Shown here piece by piece: positions 52,354 to 64,000 of a stretch of 64,000 nucleotides of DNA. Under the pieces are notes generated by a model that worked only from the letters and a program-made list of their open reading frames with translations, had not been told where the DNA came from and searched no databases. The stretch lies in assembly GCF_006345805.1 (NCBI RefSeq), contig NC_042997.1:47058001-47122000 (forward strand), read 5' to 3'. Position numbers and translations under genes: made by a program. The stretch comes from Octopus sinensis. Taxonomy: Eukaryota. The first letter of the stretch is position 1; each line of letters opens with the position of its first letter.

Positions 52354-53525
52354 GCAAAAGAGAGAAATGACGAAAAAGGGATACCAAGACCAGAAAAAGT
52401 GTGACAGTACATGGAGATTTGCACCCTAAGAGTGACACCGATAGGCTGTACTTATCCAGAAGGAAGGGTGGGAGAAACTCGATCATTTGCCAGGACTGTA
52501 TCGGAGCAGAAGAAAACAGCGTAGGGTGATTTATAAAAATACTGTGGAGCCACTGCTAAAACACACGAAGAAGGCCGGCGTCATCAACACTGAAAATTGT
52601 GTAACTAAAGAAAAATTCAAGCAAGAAATAAACAAAAAAGAAAAAAAGAAAAAAAGCATGGAAGAAAAAGAGACTGTATGGTTATTTTGCAAGGGATGTG
52701 AACGCTAAGACAGGTGGCTATGGATGAGGAAGAGTGACCTGAAGATAGAGACAGAAGCACTCGTATGAACAGCTCAGGAACAAGCGCTAAGGACCAATTA
52801 TATGAAGTGCAGAACAGACTACAATACCGATAGTGACAAATGCAGAAGAATGTGTGATGAAAGGGGTGAAACAGTATGGCACATCGTTAGCGAGTGTCCG
52901 AAATTGGGACCACGCGAATGCAAAAGACGCCATGACAATGTGGCAAGAATGATCCATTGGGAACTCTTTGGAAATCACAGCCTACAAAGAGCAAAAATGT
53001 GGTATGAGAAAACTCCAGAAGGAGCCACCGAAAATGAGAATTGAAGAATCTTGTGGGATGTAATGATTACCACAAGGATATGCGATCACCCGACCAGACA
53101 TTGGAAACCGGAAATTGTTGTGGTGAATAAAAAAGAAAGAAAATGTATGATAACCGACATAGCATGCCCCGGTGAAAACAGGATCAATGTGAAAGAAGAA
53201 GAAGAAAGTAAACAACAACGATTTAAAGTGGGAGATACAAAAGTTGTGGTCAATGGAAAGAGTAGACGTGATACCGATAGTAATTGGTGCACTTGAAAGT
53301 ATCAGCACTCAACTACCGATATGAATGAAAAAGATTTGTGTCAGCGTGAAGGTAGAACACCTAAAATAATTAGATTTGCTTAGAACTACAAGAATTCTTC
53401 GCAGGGTTCTTAAAACAAGACCAGTAAACAAGTGTCACCTTAGTCTGCTGGCTGTGGACAGCTAACACTTTCCATAATACCCAGCAAATTAAGAAGCGAG
53501 TTTTCATAATAATAATAATAATAAT
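52330..53525 (+). mobile_element. R4/Dong-type LINE, 5'-truncated, decayed, between (AAT)n tracts
   Basis: HGDLHPKSDTDRLYLSRRKGGR; KCRRMCDERGETVWHIVSECPKL..RRHDNVARMIHWEL; KPEIVV..MITDIACPG. Confidence 0.9.
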
Positions 53526-53526
53526 A

Positions 53527-54760
53527 GACCAAAATAGATAGGAAAACAAGAAAAATAATGACAGGATCTAGGATGCATCACCCAAAATCTGACATAGAAA
53601 GACTATATATACAACGTATAGAAGGTGGTACAGGCCTTATACAACAGGAAAACTACTATAAAATAACCACCATAGGATTGCAAAAATATCTACTTCAGAA
53701 GGAAGGAAAACTGATACAAATAGCGGCAAAACACGAGCAAAACAAAAAACTGTTCTCAGTATTTAAGGAAGCTGACAAATACAAACAAGAAATCATACCA
53801 CCTAATAAATATGAAGAAGAAGAAGAAGAAACAACAAAAGCTATAAAACAAATGAAATCCAAACTAAAAATAGAACAGCAACGAACCATGATAAAACGAT
53901 GGCAAGAAAAGCCCCTTCATGGTAAATACTGCACTAAACTAAACGCAAAAGAAATAGACAAAGAAAAATCCCAGCAATGGTTGAGAAGCTCAGGACTCAA
54001 AGCAGAAACAGAGGGATTTTTAATTGCAGCACAAGACCAAAGCCTCCCCACCAGAAATTACCAAAAACATGTAATGAAAAGAAATATTACAAGTAACTGC
54101 AGAATATGTGGAGATGGACAAGAAACAATAAATCATATTATCTCTAGCTGCCCAGTCCTGGCTAAGAAGGAATATATTCACAGACATGACAGAGTTGAAC
54201 CTACATACATTGGAAGCTATGCCAACATTATGGAATAACAACAGAAAAAAGATGGTATAGGCACACACCAGAAAAGGTCACAGAAAACGAGAAAGCAACC
54301 ATACTCTGGGATATGCCGATACACACAGATAGAGAAATTAAGGCCAACAGACCAGATATAGTTGTCAAAGATCATGAAGAAAACAAATGCATTCTAATTG
54401 ATGTATCAATACCGGCTGATGACAACGTGTCTCTAAAAGAAATGGAGAAACTCTCAAAATACAAAGACCTGGAAATAGAGGTAACCAGAATGTGGAATCT
54501 AAAAACAGAAACAATTCCTATCATAGTAGGTGCATTAGGCATGATAAAAAAATATTCAGACAAATACATAACAAAAACACCAGGACTTACAAACACATAT
54601 AACATACAGAAAATTGCACTACTAGGCACTGCACACATCCTACGCAGAACACTTTCCATACAATAACCATCAGAGCATCACAACAAATCACAGCACATAC
54701 CCAAGGCACACAGAGCTGCGCTCGGTAGTAAAGTGAAAGCACGCGATAAAAATAAAACTA

Positions 54761-54840
<80 letters not shown>
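53527..54840 (+). mobile_element. Young R4/Dong-type LINE, 5'-truncated, one frameshift, (AAT)n tail
   Basis: ORFs 53558-54238 and 54313-54666 give HHPKSDIERLY..GGTGL, CRICGDGQETINHIISSC (CCHC) and RPDIVVKD..LIDVSIP (RLE). A 1-nt loss near 54195 separates them. Confidence 0.95.
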
Positions 54841-54842
<2 letters not shown>

Positions 54843-54844
54843 TT

Positions 54845-55330
54845 AAAACAGAGAGATGGAAGTTGAAAGCAGGGAGGAGAGTAGACAGGAGGAACAGGAG
54901 AATGGTAATGACGATGTTAAAGTTGAGGAACAGGAACGCTATACAAGGAACCCTGATACTGTGGTGGGTGGACATGTAAGGGAAATGGAACCAACTAGAC
55001 AATGAATTGCTTGAAATTCAAAGGCGACTCACCGACTTAATGAAAACTCCAGTAGAAAAAATCCCCATGAATATGAGAAGGGTAGATAGGAGTATGATAA
55101 ATAAAGTAACACAATAGATAAAAGCTGTCATACCATACATAAAGACGGAGGACATAAAACAAACAAGCAATCTTCTTCGGGCTATTGCGCTACTTCCTTA
55201 GGGGAAATTACAATTTAAGAGAACAAAAAATCGTAGACAAAAGAACCGTGGTGGAAACGACGCATAGAAAGGGACATAATGCGGCCAAGGCAAGATCTAG
55301 GGAAAAAATAAGCAATGGTTAAGAGGAAAC
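54845..55330 (+). mobile_element. N-terminal ORF fragment of an R4/Dong-type LINE
   Basis: MRRVDRSMINKVTQ*IKAVIPYIKTEDIKQTSNLLRAIA..EPWWKRRIERDI, with the PxWKRRI motif upstream of RT. Confidence 0.6.
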
Positions 55331-55550
55331 TCGAAAAAATGGGGAAAAGACCGGCCGAGTGGTTGAGAGTACACACCACTATCAAAGCCCAACAAAGCCG
55401 AAACGCATCTGGCGTTCTCGCTAGCCTCTGCTGGCACAGCTTTTCGTCTCCCTCCGATATATATTGTACTTTTAACAGCAAGTCCATATTGAGACGTCAT
55501 ATCAGATGAATACCGCAGTAACTTGCCTATGAAGGTTGTATATACACTGA

Positions 55551-55905
55551 ATGGAAGCACTCCGTCGGTTACGACGATGAGGGTTCCGGTTGATCCGAAT
55601 CAACGGAACAGCCTGCTCGTGAAATTAACGTGTAAGTGGCTGAGCACTCCACAGACACGTGTACCCTTAACGCAGTTCTCGGGGCTATTCAGCGTGACAC
55701 AGAGAGTAACAAGGCCGGGTACAAATACAGGTACAACAGAAACAGGAAGTAAGTTGTGGCGAAAGAGTACAGCAGGGATCACTACCATCCCTGCCGGAGC
55801 CTCGTGGAGCTTTAGGTGTTTTCGCTCAACGCCCGGTCTGGGAATCGAAACCGCGATCCTATAACCGCGAGTCCGCTGCCCTAACCACTGGGCCATTGCG
55901 CCTCC
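55551..55905 (-). mobile_element. tRNA-derived SINE, family C
   Basis: Reverse complement of 50059-50448. Confidence 0.9.
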
Positions 55906-57429
55906 ATACACTAAATATTGTGTAGATGACTATTTTAAATTAATACTTTATAAGTATCTTGTCGGGGCAGACATGCTAAATCAACAATAAAAATTTAATG
56001 ATAGTGTATCGTCAATAGATAATCAATAAATAACTGTTTATGGCTTCCATTAGTCACGATTGAACATGCCTGTGCTTCATTTATGTATAGGACGAAATAG
56101 GATCATTTGAGGCATGCATTGAAGACTCCCTTCTCCACAAGACGGATGTTTTTCCCAGGGAGTGTTCGAATCTCCTTAGACCTACACAATTTAGTGTCAA
56201 GATCGTTTCAGGCTTTGCTGTCAGAATATACATTGCCAGAACAGATACAGCTAGTCATCATATCCGATCCTCTAACTGTATCGTCAATCTACCAGCCTGG
56301 TTCAATACCTTTTTATTGATCACGAAAGAATGAAAGAAAAAGTGATTTCGGCGGGATCCGAGCTCAAAATGTAAAAGTCGAAACAAACCTGCGAGCATTC
56401 TATGCAACGTTTTAACAGCTTCTCTAAGTTGTTGCTTTCAACAAATATTACAACAAATATTAATCTCATAAAATAACAGATTATTTAAGAAGCATTGCTC
56501 ATAATTTGTCTCAGAATATTTTTTCTACCTTTTTCCAATTTAAATTAATGTTATCTTTTTACTGCATTTTTTTGGTATCAGATCCTAACTTTAAAAGATA
56601 ATTTGATTATTTTTCCATGTACATGGTGAGTAAAACTGATATTAATAATTTTCGCCTTTGAATCTTTTTTTTTTATTATTGTTAATGAAATACTTCGTAA
56701 AAAAAAGAACAAAAATAAACGACTTCAAAATAATCTTTAGCGATGTAAATACTCTGCGGATAAAATTCTAATGAATTTAGCTCCAACGATGTGTTTCATA
56801 CGACGATGGATTTACCAACAACGATGTATCAGCTCATGATATTATTACATTGCAATGAAATTACTGGCTATGAAGTGAAAGCCGATGTATTTAACGTGAT
56901 GTAATTACCTGTGATGAATTTACTGTAATGAATTTTCCGGACAGCAACTCTCAATTGTAATACGATTAACAATAACAAGATTTTACCTTAAGATACTTAA
57001 TTTTCAATTAAAGGAACGCCTGACGGCAACACTGATGACTGTCACAAATGTGGTACAAACCAAACATGCTTTGGTAACATATTGATTTACAATAAAATGT
57101 ATTTAGTCAAATTCCATTTCATATTGAACGCAAATTCCGTTGGGTTAATTTCTTTTCAATTACCTAGGTTCAATAAAATATGTACTGGTAATAAACGAGA
57201 AAACCATTCGATTAAGTATATTTCTCTCTTACACATATACGATGTCCGCATATGTCTTTGAATCAATATACAGAATCATTATTAACAAAGTTCTGTTTTC
57301 TGTGAATTGACCCTTCCCTGGTCATATTTTCCTTTCACCTGCCCAAAATAGTAACAATAGATAGGTAACGGCAATACATTGTCGTGTCATTACTGACTCT
57401 CACATATATTTTGTGACCTTATGCTAACG

Positions 57430-58490
57430 CGAGCGGCCAGTAAGGCCGAATGATGGACTACCTGTTTGTCAATGCGTATGTTGAACTGTTGAAAGCCAGG
57501 AAATGCGTGGTGCCGGTTAGTTTTTGCTACTCTAAGACTTGAGCAGGCAGACTTACAATCAATGAGTCGTCGTCGGTGGCGAGTATTAAATCTCTAGCAC
57601 GTGAGTGAGCCTCAGCCCATCAAAATTACAGATAATGTAATTAAAACTATATTAACCAGTGTCTCCATTCTTTTTCTTAAAGATATCAGGAGATAGTTTG
57701 AGATGATTTTAACCGTTAGCTGAATTCTTGCAATAAATTCGACTCTATTAAGAAACCAAAGGGCGGGATGATGGTGTTTAATCGGCTGATGATACTGGCC
57801 GGATCAATGGTTTTGAGAGACCTTGTTTCTGCGTGTCTCGAAGGCTCTGTAAAGAGTCAAGTATACTCTATTACCGCCTGACTAAAAATCCTTAAAAAGC
57901 TGAGTGACTACACGGTGTCTCTCTCGACAGTGAAAGAAAGATTTGAGTGGTTACCAAGGTCACAGATTACAGCCTTCTAGTTGAAAAGAGTGAATAAGAC
58001 TGTTATCGTGAGACTGGTGTGTTGCTCGATCGAATTAATCGCGTCATACAGAATTAAGCTGTCGTTCAGCTGATGATTGACAATTTGGTGAAAACCGGTG
58101 ATATCTAAGCCAATGTCAGACCTGTCAAAATACAAGTTTTGTTTGTATAATTTCAAGTGTCTTCTCCAGTCAATTTTGTCATAACATGTAACGACAATGG
58201 ATCCGATGATTCGAAATTTATTAAATCTAAATAAGTTACCAAATAGGTTTTCAGAATGTGTAGTTTCTGTCTAAGCATAAATCGCATAATTAAATAGATG
58301 AAATTGAACGATTTACTGTACCAGCTACCACACCCATCTTTCCTAAATTCTCCACCTCTTCATTTAAATGTGGCATAAACAACTTCCTGGCTAACAGCTT
58401 CCTCGCCACTCTACCATCTCTCCTATTTCCCCAGATAACCTTTCATTTCCAACATCACAACTGTAAGTGGCTTTCAGTCCACGTTTGAAG
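57430..58490 (-). mobile_element. Old CR1/Jockey-group LINE fragments (APE-to-RT linker on -, short C-terminal piece on + at ~58300-58490)
   Basis: The minus strand reads GFHQIVNHQL..DLGNHSNL..HHPALWF..QKLTGTTHFLAFNS, resembling LTQLVDFPTR..PLGxSDH..PHSSPWF..QKLGSRDFWRIFNS. Confidence 0.45.
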
Positions 58491-60353
58491 GAGTTTCGTT
58501 AAACAAATATACTAGATTAAATACCAACTGTGTAATAATACATTGTAGACAACTTAAACTAGATGAAGCCCTAGGGGCTTAAACGAAGTTCATTAGAACA
58601 GCATCGTTATCCTTAAACATATAGTACAGCGTTTCATACTCAGATCATTCACAATACTTTGCTTTCTTTGTATCACTAAAACTCCACAGTCCCTCCACTA
58701 TGAAACATTAGTCTTTATTTGCAGAATAAAGTCTAATTTTTAAACTGGGCACACTGGCTCTCCGATACAGCATTCACATTTGAAACGTAAGCCATATATG
58801 TATTTTTATACAACTGTCCTGTGCACAGACCTACCTATCTACACTGACGTTCCGGCGCACATACACATATACAGAATAAGATACTTAACTCAGGTGTGAC
58901 AAGGCATTCCGTATACTGTTCATGTCACGCAAATCAGTCTGCCACCCACCTCCACTCTTCTCAAATCAGACACCAATTTCAACCAACCTCATTACATGCA
59001 GCATCCACTACTGTTACTTCTTTCAGATAAGCAATTCTAATAGAATAAGCTGAACTATCTTTTCTCTTCTTCGGTAAATCTGTTCATGAGAAGAGACTCA
59101 ATAGATGGCAGTGTCGTAGCTGCTCTACTAAGCACGTCACTCCGAACGGCAAGTCGAGTCGTATGCAAGCGATCCTTTCGGTCTCGATCTCTTCGAACAA
59201 GTCGGGCAGAACATCGACAACGACGACGGCGAGGTCGCCGCCGCCGCCGAAGTCCCAAAATGGCAATTGCGCCGGCGACGTTACCGCTCGCCGAGCGAAC
59301 GCGACGAACAGGCGGCGAACGCCGAGCTAAGGCATGAGCCTTGGGATTGAGGCGCTTTTGGAAAACAAAATTAAGTGAAATGTCTTCCCTTTCTATTCTT
59401 ATGCTAACCACTTTTCTTTAAACTATCTCATTTCGATTTAGATGATTTGCTACCTTTCTATGTTTCCTCTATGTTTAGCCCCCTGCGGGCAATAAAGAAA
59501 TAATTATTTGTTACCCTTACCAATGGCTTCCAATACAAGATTTTATATTTCCTAAATAATGTCTCAATTTAAGCCTTCTTTATGATCCAGTTTTGATTCT
59601 CTGTTGAAGCAATTTAAATTATTTCTGTACAACAAAATGACAAACTTCAACTCCAACATATAAAAATAGGAAGATTATTAACGATAAACTATAGTGTTAA
59701 TAAATCATTTATTATACAGTGTATTACACCATTCTATAAAACTATACAAAAGCCTAGTCGTGCACAATATTTTGGTTTCGATTCTTGATTCATATCGATT
59801 TTGTTGATTTTTCAGCTTCCCTACTTTGAACGTGCCTTGAAAACTGTTATATACATGATTTTACAACGAAATTGGAAGGGTATTATTATGATATAGTTGG
59901 ATGCTTACAGAGAATATTCTGCCAGGAAATGTTTTAAATAGTTTGCCTTCAAATAGAGATGAATATAACAGAGAATTTTTGTGTATTTAGATGGTGATAC
60001 AGGTTGGCCTTCTGCTTCTCTTGGGATGAACAACAATTGAACTGGTTACCGCTACTGTAACAGGTTCACAACTATTCAGCACTCATATCATATGCAATAA
60101 TTACAAAACATACACAAGACACATGCGTATACACATAAACACATACACACACTTATTTATTGACTTACTACACACAGAAATGTTATATGTATGAACAAAT
60201 ATGCATCTTGGGAAAAATTGCAAATAGAAAAATACTTGTATACAAGCACAGCGCACACACATACTTATATATCAGTTGAACACATACATGCATGCCATGC
60301 ATATATACAAACTAACAAACAAATATAGACACATACATACATACATACATACA

Positions 60354-60387
<34 letters not shown>

Positions 60388-60573
60388 CATATATACATAC
60401 ATACATATATACATATATACATACATACATACGTACATACCTACTTGCATAAAAACAAACATAGAGTCAATCACCTTTAAATGCAAACTATTATACATAC
60501 ATACACACATCTATACATAAACATATCATCAAATTTTAAAAGTGCGTACAAGCAGCATCCATAATTATAGATA

Positions 60574-61852
60574 TACGAGGGTGGCCTGAAGGATTCATAG
60601 GCGTAATATGAATGAGTGACGCTAGAGCTGTGAAATCACGCATGCATTAATCTAAACTACTTTTATTAATAACTACATTGATAGCTCCAGGTAAACTGAC
60701 GTCTGACTGCTCGAAGAAGACTTCAAAACTAACTAGTTGCGATTTCTCTTGAAAATTAGCAAAATTTGGCATTGCCGTGTTTTCAAGTACCTGCAGAAAC
60801 AGGGTTTAGCGTACCACAACATTCATACTGACATGATTGCAACATTAGGGAATGATACTCCAGCTTTATTAACAGTGCAAAAGTCGGAAGCTTAATTTAG
60901 GAGGGAAAGGGAGATTCTTGAAGATGATCCAAGCTTTGGACGTCCTGTAACTGTCAGTACCAGGGAAAGCATTGATCGTGTTCACTTCATGCTGATGGTT
61001 GACAGGCGATTGACAATAAATCAAATAGTTAATGCTATTATATATTTCGTGAGAGAGTTGAGAATATTCTACACATTGAATTTGACCTGACGAAGGTTTC
61101 TGCTCGGTGGGTGCAGCGACTTCTGAAACGTGATCGAAAGTGCAAAATGCTGATCACATCACAGGGAAAATCTGACATTGTTCCAGGCTGATCCAGCTGC
61201 TTTCCTTGGATGTTCTCTAAGCCAGGGTGAGTGTTAGGTTCATCACTTTGGGAGAGACAACCTATGCAGTGGAAACACTCATTCCTTAGCGTAGTCCAAA
61301 GACTGCTAACGACGTTTCATCTGCAGGTAATCAAACGGCTTCCGTTTAGGGGGTGCAAAATACATTTTGTTTATTGACTATCTTCAAAAGAGCGGACCAT
61401 CAGTGGAGAGTAAAACACCAACTTGCTGACGCAGTCATGAAAGGTTATCATGATCAACCACCTAGAGAAACTGACGAAAGAGGTTTTGTTTCACCAGAAC
61501 AATGTTTTAGCACGCAACTCCTTCGTTTCCATAGCTGCTGTGCATGATTGTAGCTTTGTACTGGCAGACCAGCCTCCCTATTCTCTTGATTTGGCCCCAC
61601 CTAACTATCATCTGTTCGCTGAGAAGAACAAACACTTAGCTGGGAACCAACATCGCATGTCACATTAGCTGTTGATGACGTTTTTGACCAACTGGATGAA
61701 AGCTTCTTCACCAATGGGATGCAAGCACTGCAACACCGATGGAAGAAGTGTGTGAGCAGCAGGGGGGGGGCTATGTTGAAAATTAAACCTCATTTGGTCA
61801 CATTCCATGAGGGAATCTTGGTCAGCCAATGAACTTTTCATCCGACACTCGT
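60574..61852 (+). mobile_element. Mariner transposon, full length, pseudogenised
   Basis: Diverged TIRs TACGAGGGTGGCCTGAAGGATTCATAGGC and (rc) CACGAGTGTCGGATGAAAAGTTCATTGGC. Translation includes LEDDPSFGRPVTVST..VDRRLTINQI..VSARWVQRLL..FHQNNVLA..PYSLDLAPPNYHLF. The catalytic Asp positions are decayed. Confidence 0.9.
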
Positions 61853-63243
61853 GTGTGTGTCTGTGTGTATGCATAAATGCATACGTACATACAATTATCA
61901 ATACCTAATGTATATCTACATAAATGCGTACGTCCATACATACATACATACGTGCATACCTACGTACGTACATGCATATATACATACGAGCATGCATGGA
62001 TACATACGTAGATATAAACATGCATGCATAAATACATGGATATGTAATTCGTTAAGATGATACTAAAAGTAACAAGAAGCGTGGACTTGCAGTTGATAAA
62101 TCACCTTACTTTCCAAGGGCAATTCTTTTGCAATTCAAGAACAGGAAATTTCAAACAACTCGCTAATGAAAAAAGTGAAACACTTAAGACCTAGTGACGT
62201 GACAGAAATGACAATTATGTCCCTTGGAAAATGCTATATTTGTGACCATCAAAATGTCAGTAAAGTACAAACTCTAATTACTCTATAACAGTGATGCAAA
62301 AAGATATATAATGTCATCCATAGAGAAGACTTTTCTTAGGTAAATGTAGACAGAATCTCTGTAATTGAATACGTACACACGTATCATTACAAGGTTAGCT
62401 GGTGGTAGTTATCTTGCGCTATGTGCCTATCATAGTTGTTTGTGATTACAGGAAGTGATGCATAGTTATAAAGATCAGCTACCCTGGAGATATTAACATT
62501 TCTTTCAAAGTTAGTTAGAAAAACATATTTATAGCGGCTGGTTCGATACCTAGAGCTTTGCTCTGTTTTAAAATTCAAATTGAGTCCAATAATTTCTGGT
62601 ACACTTAAATGTTTCAATGGGAGTCTGAAAAAGATAGAGTAAAGAAGGACAGGAAGTGACCAGCTAAAAGATATTTTGTAAATACAATTTTTTAACGGAA
62701 CTGTATAAATATTCAATTTTTTTTTTTAAGAACATTAACAGTTAACGTTTTTGTTATCTAAATCCCAGTGCTGATACATTGTTAGACTTAACTCCTTTCT
62801 TAAAAGAAAAATTCAAAACATTAGCAAGAAAGACATTTAAATACATACATTCAGACATGATCACTCGAGGTACAGATTTGCACGAGTGGCCTGGGGGACT
62901 GTTATTTGAAATTGCAATGAATATCAGCGCCAACATTAATGTCACAACTGTCAGCTTTGTTAAATAAATGGTTATTCTTCTGATCACAGTCATCAAAGAA
63001 ACCTTTTATTCAAGATCTTACAGATACTCGTCTTAAAACTGAATTAACCAAGCAGAAAATCACTACAAATAACATGGCTGGACACGACATCAACAACGTT
63101 GGTGAAGAACCAAAGAAAAGTAACATCGAAAATGGTAAACAGAATTTTGTTAGTCGCAATTATACGAAAAAACAAAAATTCTAAAGGACATTTTTCATGG
63201 AGTTATGAAATCAATAATGACTGACGTCACTGGAATATAATTG

Positions 63244-63277
<34 letters not shown>

Positions 63278-64000
63278 CGTGATGCATATATGTAACTCGC
63301 TCTGAGATTTATCATTATATAAATATATATATACATATACATATAAAACGATACACATACACCCATATAAACACATACACACACTAATGTATATAAATAT
63401 ACATATCTGTTTATGACTATACGGATAAAAGAAAGATAAAGTGGAACAGAGTTAAATTATTTTATGATGAAATAATTACTACTGCCCGCAGAATTTATTA
63501 AATTTAAAGGGTTGTTGGCAGTAATTTTATTCTCAATACGTACGCAGTGTATAAATAGGAGTATGCAAACTTATTCCTTGAAAGGAAATATCTGCAGTAC
63601 GTTGCAAAGGATCTAATTTCAGTCATTCCCTTAAGCATAGGGAATATATTACTGACTTTTACCAACAAACTCGATGGAAATATAAATGTAGGAAACTGGA
63701 GTGCATTGGAAGAAACGGGTCTGGTGGGAAAGGAAGCTCCTGTCATTACAAATAAGCTGGCAGTCAATTCCATGTGAAATTAGTGTATAGATTGTATAGA
63801 GCCTGCATTTGTACTACAACAAAACATCAGATGGAAAACTCTGAGCTTATGAAAAGTATGTCATACATTGTTATGATTTCGGAAAGCTTCACATGGTCGG
63901 TAGCATAGATAACTAAAGTAGTCACTTTTGTACCATCGATCGGTATATGAGCTCCTGTTCTGAAGTGGATGCTTTTGCAGTCCATGAACATGAAAAAAAA

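Noticed and set aside
59086-59337. Protamine-like gene call for the Arg-rich ORF
   Set aside because: The Arg runs arise from GAC/GCC triplet repeats, other frames are equally open, and it does not resemble cephalopod protamines I know.

Overview
AT-rich, microsatellite-dense animal DNA with no confidently identifiable host protein-coding gene. The repeat vocabulary points to an octopus (coleoid cephalopod) intergenic or intronic region; this is inference from recalled repeat families. The window is a patchwork of mobile elements: three tRNA-derived SINE families (here A, B, C), Tc1/mariner relics, a non-autonomous Helitron, CR1-group LINE ends, R4/Dong-type RLE LINEs concentrated in (AAT)n tracts, and Penelope-like pieces (GIY-YIG end, Naiad-like RT, minimal hammerhead ribozymes). 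The most notable structure is a rearranged Tx1/L1-type LINE (24507-27328) inserted into the tRNA-like head of a SINE with a 14-bp target-site duplication. Its 3' tail resembles that of a young SINE-B subfamily whose two copies at 35961-36570 both abut GGTAYTT sites in another SINE-B. Together these suggest a SINE-targeting Tx1 LINE/SINE partnership. Most ORF-track entries are microsatellite artefacts. All family assignments are by eye, with no database searches.
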